A DNA stretch of 64,000 nt, from contig CATNEN010000038.1 in assembly GCA_950097015.1 (NCBI GenBank), forward strand, positions 33,356,001 to 33,420,000. The letters run 5' to 3'. Source of the DNA: Macrostomum hystrix (Eukaryota > Animalia > Platyhelminthes). The notes beneath the pieces were generated by a model. That model was not told the origin of the DNA. It saw only the letters and a program-made list of their open reading frames with translations, and searched no databases. The position numbers were made by a program, and so were the translations under genes. The number at the start of each line of letters is the position of its first letter. Within the stretch, counting starts at the first letter, position 1. Of this stretch, positions 57,017 to 64,000 are shown one piece after another.

Positions 57017-58747
57017 GGAATTAAGGAGACCTTTTAAGATCTATATATGCACCCTGAAAGAATGAAATCTTCCCTTTAATTGCCTGTTTGCATGCCTACA
57101 TGCCCTTACATGCCCGTGTCAATTTAAGAGTGGAAGTCAGGTCGTATAGTCTGGGAACAGTTGGTGGAAAATGTTTAATTGCTGGGTTTATGTAAAACTG
57201 GCCAACTGTAAAATTCTCAATCTGATGAAAATTGTTTTAAATTGCGTGGTTATTTGTGAAGGAGGATCAAGTCTTAATGATACTTATCCATTGGATGTGA
57301 CTCTAAAACATTTTTATTTTAAGCACTTACTGTTCTTTTTTATTTCCAAACTGATCGATTGTCGCAATGCAAATCGAACAGGAAGATGATGTTGAAGAAG
57401 ACGCCTCTGAGAGAAATCGGATATCGTTTGGGAAAATTTTCCCAAGCTTAATTCATTATATAAATCGCAGGCAATTGCATAGCGGCTGCTTTCTTGGTTA
57501 GGCAGCAAATGCCTCCTCATGCAGTTTGTGAAATAATATTTCAGATACATATACGGAGTTTCAATGCTAAAGCTACAAAAAGATGTAATTGCCATCTACT
57601 ACCGTTCACATTGATCCAAAAGAGTTCAGTTTCGTTACACAAAGTATTTTAAGCCGCAATAATTGATGCACTCGTTGATGAGTTCAGAACGTACTTTTCG
57701 AAATCTGGTTAAAATTACGCACATGTAGATCTTCATATTCTCCCTGTGTTCTGACTATAGAGAATTATTTTGCGCTTTTACCGCCAGACAAATGCAATCT
57801 TCTAATGAAAGTTTATAAACGCCAAAATTGAATCAATAATAGGAATCGTTGAAAATATTTATTTTGTTTATTAAATTCGATACCGATGTTATCCAATTAA
57901 AGCTCGAAGTTTTCGTAGGCTTAAATATTTAAAGTTTTTAAACAAACATTCAAACGTCATAGATAACCCCTTAAGGCGTTAACTTTAGCATATTTGTTTA
58001 GAAAACTCTGGTTACAAGTAATAATTGTATTTATCCAGTTGCTAAAATATTTATTGAACGAATTACTACTGAAGCTTCTACGTTCCAAATCCATTTGTGT
58101 TTTAATCAAAACGACAGAATCAACCTCCGAGACTTAGCTTTCGTGACACAAAAATCCTGGAAAAAACTTAGTTCTTAACGATGTTAAAGAATTTTTATGC
58201 TTATAATTTAAATGTGCTTAATATGTAATAAATATTTATCATACCCAACAAACAATCAAACTTCATTGATTGTTTCAGTTTGTAGTCATAAAAAACTTTT
58301 TAAGTGAGGTAATTTAACAGTTGAATGATTCTTCTAGGAACGATAATTTTCTAGAACGTTTAGAACATTTAGAAATTTTGTCTTATTTTACTACTCACAG
58401 GTGGAGTCGTAGGTTTGCTAACGATAAAAATTCATAAACATTAAAAGGTGCAGCATTCGTTAATATGATACTTATAAGAATGGGGTGGCAAGTAAATTAG
58501 ACAGCAAAGTGGTAGAATGCGAGAAGTGTTTTAAAACATTAATAAAATGTAAAATAAAAAGCTGGTCGGAGTAATTAGAAGAATTCGCAGTTCAGATAAT
58601 GAATATTTTAAATCTTCCGCGTTTATTGGATGAAAATATATAATATATTCGAATATAAGAAAGGCTCATAACAATATTCAACTTTCTAGCATCTAGTATC
58701 TAGTATCTAGTATCAATTAACTAGAAGCAATTGTGTTGCCGCTTATT

Positions 58748-60734
58748 TCACACGAAATCTTGTGTACCATAGATAATAAACCTGACAACTTGGCCAAACA
58801 TGGAGTTGAGTCGGCCAACAGATGTCTCGTTTATCTCTGGACGAGAATGTTGCCACAGGTGCAGTAGGTAGTTATTGTGCCAATTCCACTTGACCTGCAG
58901 AGCGGAGAGGTTGCCGTACATCTGGCGCAGCTCGGCCTCGGACCAGCCGGGGCGTGCGATGTACTCCGGTTCGACATGGCACAGGTGAGGATACTTCAGC
59001 CACATTTGATGCGGTAACATGACTGAATGTGTAGCCCATTGGCTGTCTGTGAAGGTCTGATAGAGAGTGTACCACAGCAGCAGAAAGCTTGACTGCGGCT
59101 TGGACATGAAAGCGCCGATAGTTAGTCCACTGGCTGACTCACGACCTATTGCACAGTCGTGACTGAAAGCAAATAGTTCATTAAAACAAAAATATTGACA
59201 TATACATTGTTGTAATTAAAGCAATCGTTCGTGTCCCTTAGTAAAATTATTTTCATTTCCTAGTGTCTCATTTCACCCAGCTAGCTGTGAAATTGGCACT
59301 AGCATCAGCTAGGTTAGAAATTTAAATACAGCCTTGCACAGCTGAGCCATGCAATTTCTATTTATCTACCTTAGTATCTATCTGGTATCTAAGGCATCTA
59401 ACATTCCGCTAATATAGCTTTTTGCAGCCCATTTGGTCTTACAAGCATTCAATTTAAACCAAGACCTGCCTGCAAGTTGCTTGAGCGTCAGGTCCAACTG
59501 CTACTCAATTAAATCAAGAGAAACCCTCTGTTGAAGTTGCAGCAACTGCCGCAGAAGTTAAACGAACAGTTCTAGTTGGTTGTCAGTATCTCGACAATCA
59601 GCAGAGCTTTGGAAAAGCAGCCTGCAGACGGTTGCGAGACGCTCTAATCACAAGATTCAAGAAAGACACAAGACACAAGAAATCACAAGCTACAACCTCT
59701 TGTTAATGTTAGATGCACTCGAACTTTAGAATTAAAGTGGATGCACTGTAAGAATGCGCTTAAGCATCTATTTGTGATCGAAATCTTGTCGAAGCTCTCA
59801 CCTTCGTAGCGGCTGCAGAGAGCGAAGTGTGACCACATCTGAATCCAAAAATATACCTCCCAGCATGATGGCTGTCTCCAGCTTCATCACGTCCACCTGG
59901 TGTTGAATAACCCTAACCGGCCTGTCAAACACCTGACTAGGTAGAGGTCTGGTTGCCAGCAGCAGCCGGTTTCGACGACCGTGCACGGTCAGGTTTAGCA
60001 CTAATTGTTGCCAGTAGCGACCACTGGGAGCACCGCTGGACCACAGAACTACTTTTTCAGCTTCCGACAGCCAGACTGCACTCAACAGTGCCAGGTAGTC
60101 CACGAATTGGAGCGTAATATTTCGCTTTCCATTGGAAAAGAAGCGGTAGAAATGAATCCAGTTCGGTATTGGCCGCTCATTACTGCTGCTTTGTCGCATT
60201 GCTGTGCAAATTACGATCGTGTTTATCTCCGTTCCGTCCAAGCTCCAGAACCGATGTCCGTTCAGACTGAGGTGCTCCGGATAATACTCGGAGATACTCA
60301 CATTGTCTGATGGGTTTACAGCGGTGGATTCTGTGAATTCATAATTTACTCTGAACTCAACTATTTGTTCACTCACCTGCAACACCTTGAACAGACTTCA
60401 CAAGCTCCAGCATTCTGCCGGACTTTCTGAGCCGGTGTAGGAAGGCCCTCACGTTGGCGTCGCTATCATTGTTTTTTTGCGACTCCTTACCGGTGGAAAC
60501 GGAGGGCCCAATGGCACTTTTATTAGTGGAGTAGTGATAGAAACTATCGTTGGAAGATATTTTCTTTAGATGCATTGACGCTAGCATGAAAGATGAGTAG
60601 AACGATGTCACAATTGTCAGAGTCACGCAGAGTAGTAGTGTCCCTCTTAATAAACTCGTTAAGCAGTAGCTGTTGCAGCCGCTATTGACACGGCGGATCC
60701 ACAGAAATCTCAAAAAAATATTGACGAACTGCAT
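58748..60734 (-). CDS. Type II membrane DXD glycosyltransferase (GT32/alpha-1,4-glycosyltransferase-like), about 433 aa
   Basis: Exons 60734-60377, 60330-59802, 59162-58748, phase-consistent. N-terminal TM segment; IPNWIHF, HQVDVMKL and GGIFLDSDV motifs. The start could be the upstream ATG at 60803. Confidence 0.85.
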
Positions 60735-62691
60735 TGCAGTTGAATCGAAATTTGATAACTTTCTAACACAATATGAAAGTCCTGCAGGGAGATGTTTTAG
60801 CATTTGAGAGTTTCTATAGTTTAGTGATTTTTTACTACTCCATAATGCTACTTCAATAGCAATCACTTGACTATGGTAGCGGAGATAGTGTGGAAATTAT
60901 AAGGACGCTTTTAAGAAAGCCTTGGACAAAGATCTGCTTAAAGCGGTGCATTTTTAGCTTTTTTCTAAGCGTTCATAGGCTTAAGAATCTCAAATACTGA
61001 AACGAATCCCAGCATGCTGCACATATGCATTTTGCTTTCTATAACTATGGCATGCAGAAAAAAAGAAAAAAACTTCTTGCAGCAAAAGGAGCTTGAAATC
61101 CAGGCTTAATCTAAATCAAGTACTCGACCCTCTGAAGGGCCAGACTGAAGGAAAAATTCTAGACTTCGTTTAGAATTAAGGGGCTTCAGGTTTCATAAGA
61201 ATTGAACAAAAAAGCAAGTATCAAATGGTGCACACTCGCTTTACAGGTTTTGACAGCATTGACCTCGTGGCACGTACGTCCTGGGATTTTAGAGCCTGAA
61301 GCAGTTTTCAATTTAGCGTCAATCGAAACTCCATGGAAAAGAGTTTCACGAAGGAAGTGTGTTTTAAATCTGTCAATAAAGGTTAAAATAAAGTATATAT
61401 TAGGTATAGAGCATTAGATGAAAACAAAAAATATTTTAGCGACTTTGACAGCTCCCGAGAAAAAACCTGGTAAACTTGTCAATTCAGCAATGGTACTTAG
61501 TACTTGACTGTACTTAAAAAGTTTGTCATGTTGGAGATCCAAGTACTTGGCTTGAAGTAGGTCGGTCGACATGCAGTTCAAACATTGAATAATTGGGAAG
61601 TACTTGATTATTTGCTGATATAGTTTGGTATCTGTACTTGAAAGTAACTTTAAAATTCAAAATCAACATCCCAAGCTTGCCAAGCTTGTAACAATACTTT
61701 GCAGTAATTATTCAAGTATGTCATGTTTACTTTCAAAGTTGCTTGTCAAGTTTATCATTTTATAATATTTTTTCTCTGGAGAACGTTATGGAGATTTCGC
61801 AATCACGCAAAGCCCAGTCCATAAAGAGCGACAAAGAGTTGAAAACCGCTGGAAAGGCTCATGGATCAGACAAGTCCCACGCTGCTGATAGAATGAGGCA
61901 GGGGCCTGATGGCTACGATTGTTATTTGGAAATTAAGATTTAGAGGGAGACTAATATGCATTAGCGCTCTGCTGATGCATACCAGCTCAATGAAGTGTCC
62001 CAGTCAAGCGCATGCGCCTTACTTTCGCTTAATTTGTACGCGTGCGCGCTATCAAAAGCACAAAATATGCGCGCAAAACTCATCGCGTATATAACTCTAG
62101 AATACGTGCATCGAGCGCGTGGATCTAAAGCTTCAAATACGAGTAAACCCCGTCACTTTTTGCCATCTTAAACGGCGCATATCGCACTGCAATTATTAAA
62201 TGCTGAAATTTTCGCGTCAGTTTGAGTAAGTCAGTATTGTTCAAACCTCCTAGTTCGAAAATACGTTGCGTTCCTACGAATATACTTGCTCTCATTTCAT
62301 TATTATTCTTACATGCCGATTCAGAAAAGAATTGAACTGAATTTTCGTTGGACTGTACTCAAATAATGGGCAACCCATCTAGCCTGGGTCGGCGGCTGGG
62401 CGTTTTGACACTGTAGGAACTGCAAAGGGGCTCCGCTCCTTAGTCATTTTGTGCCCCTTCCGTTGTGAAAGTTATTCTTTGAACTTTAAGTCTTATAATC
62501 TTTAACAAATTATATTATCTTTTATTGTCCTTCTCCCCCCATTGCGACTTCGTATTGTTATTTTGTTCTAATTTTTAATTGTTTGATAGTTTTAGTTATG
62601 ATGTTGTTTTCTTCCTTTTACGATAAATTTGTGTGCGCTCGACATATTGGGCAACAGAAATAATAACTGATGACCAACTGACACCACAGCC

Positions 62692-62863
62692 CAGTGGCGT
62701 AGCTGGGGAATACAGGGTTATATCCCCCCAAGAGGCAGAAAAATTGTGGGAGAGTTGAAAGAGGGGCGGGAGTATTACCATTAAAAACTGTCTATTTTTT
62801 TGTTTATTTTTTAACTTTTTTTCATTTACCCCCCCCCATATAAAATTCCTAGCTACGCCACTG
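62692..62863. mobile_element. hAT-like MITE, 172 bp
   Basis: 13-bp TIRs CAGTGGCGTAGCT/AGCTACGCCACTG; imperfect 8-bp TSD ccacagcc/cggcagcc. Confidence 0.75.
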
Positions 62864-64000
62864 CGGCAGCCACTTGACTTTCCCTTTTTACCTTTTGTTT
62901 CCATTTTGCTTCACCGTTTGGCTTCCACGTTTTTCTTAATTGCGAGTTTTATATTTTGGTGATGGTGAAATGTTATAGCTTACAGGACGAATTTCCCTTA
63001 GTGAATATTAATATCCCCTGAACCATAAATATCTCTGCCAACGGATTCTAATGAACCGAAAAATTCCCCTTTCCTGAAATTATCAACTTTGAATTTATCC
63101 TGACTGCTGACGTATCGCTTTTTGAGTAATTAGTAGGCGAGAAGATTAGTAGGCGAGGTAGTTGTCTGTTGCTTAAATAGTCGATTATAATAAAGGAAGT
63201 ATACATCAATCTCCACCATCAAAATCAAAGCATCGATTTATTCATTTTTTCGCTTTCTTTGTTTTAATAATAATAACTTTTAATAATAAATTTGTTATAA
63301 ATATCTGCAGGTACAAGTTCTATTCGTAATTAATTTAATAATTCAAGTAATTATGTGATGCTGTCTCTCTAATTTAATGTTGTTTTAATATGCTAGTTAA
63401 AATTATGGGCATTGTTTTCGTGAGCTATATTTTTAAGGGATATTTCTTCGGTTTTCCATTAATATTTATAATAGTTTTGTTTTAGTGTGCTACATAGTCG
63501 TAGTTCGTATTCAAATGTGCTAATTAGGCCTTTCCAGGAAGGCTCCCTCTCCCTGTTCTACGACTGAGTGCTGCCCGCCGGTTGTTATTTTATCAGTGGC
63601 TAATTTGAATTGTAGCTGTAGCTGTGTTTTATGTGAAATCCATTGAGTAGCTCTGTAACCCATCTAAGATATAGACAGCATTCGCCGTAAAGACGATTTC
63701 TTAATTCGAAGGCCCAATTTATTGCATGAGAGTGCTTTCCGCTACAAGGTTTTGTAACTATTGATAATTTTTACCTTACTAATAAAATAAACCGAAACTG
63801 CTACGCCTATTCGTTAAAACCGAAACTTCGTCATAATTAATTATGTTCCTGGTGGCAGCAACTAGTACCCTTTCGTATTGTTGTATTATTAGAAGAGTAG
63901 GCCAATATTAAATCAATTTTAGCGTGAATTTAACTGGCAGTAGATTTTCATTTGTTTATTTTATAAAGATATGGAGCTATAGGGCCTAGAACATCCCTAT

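Overview
Eukaryotic (animal) genomic DNA with GT-AG introns, SINEs and minisatellites. The style suggests an invertebrate such as a free-living flatworm, but that is inference. I assembled the spliced genes by hand from splice signals and phase. Genes: a 5-exon ankyrin-repeat caspase; a 7.02-kb tandem duplication carrying an intronless, serine-less membrane carboxylesterase-like gene and a small 2-exon secreted Cys-rich peptide gene; two beta-microseminoprotein-like secreted proteins; a low-complexity Gln-rich ORF; a 12-exon SLC24/NCKX exchanger; a third, diverged Cys-rich peptide gene; and a 3-exon GT32-like DXD glycosyltransferase. Mobile DNA: a full-length and a 5'-truncated LOA-like LINE (both with TSDs), two Crypton/DUF3504-type tyrosine-recombinase relics, a probable solo LTR, a hAT-like MITE and several tRNA-derived SINE families. 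Two observations stand out. (1) A family of signal-pro-KR secreted peptides with a W-x3-C-x3-C-x5-C-x13/15-C-x-C-x-C-T framework, absent from the ORF track. (2) A ~2.7-kb minisatellite in the NCKX gene that is a ~87-fold amplification of the exon 3 end plus its own splice donor.
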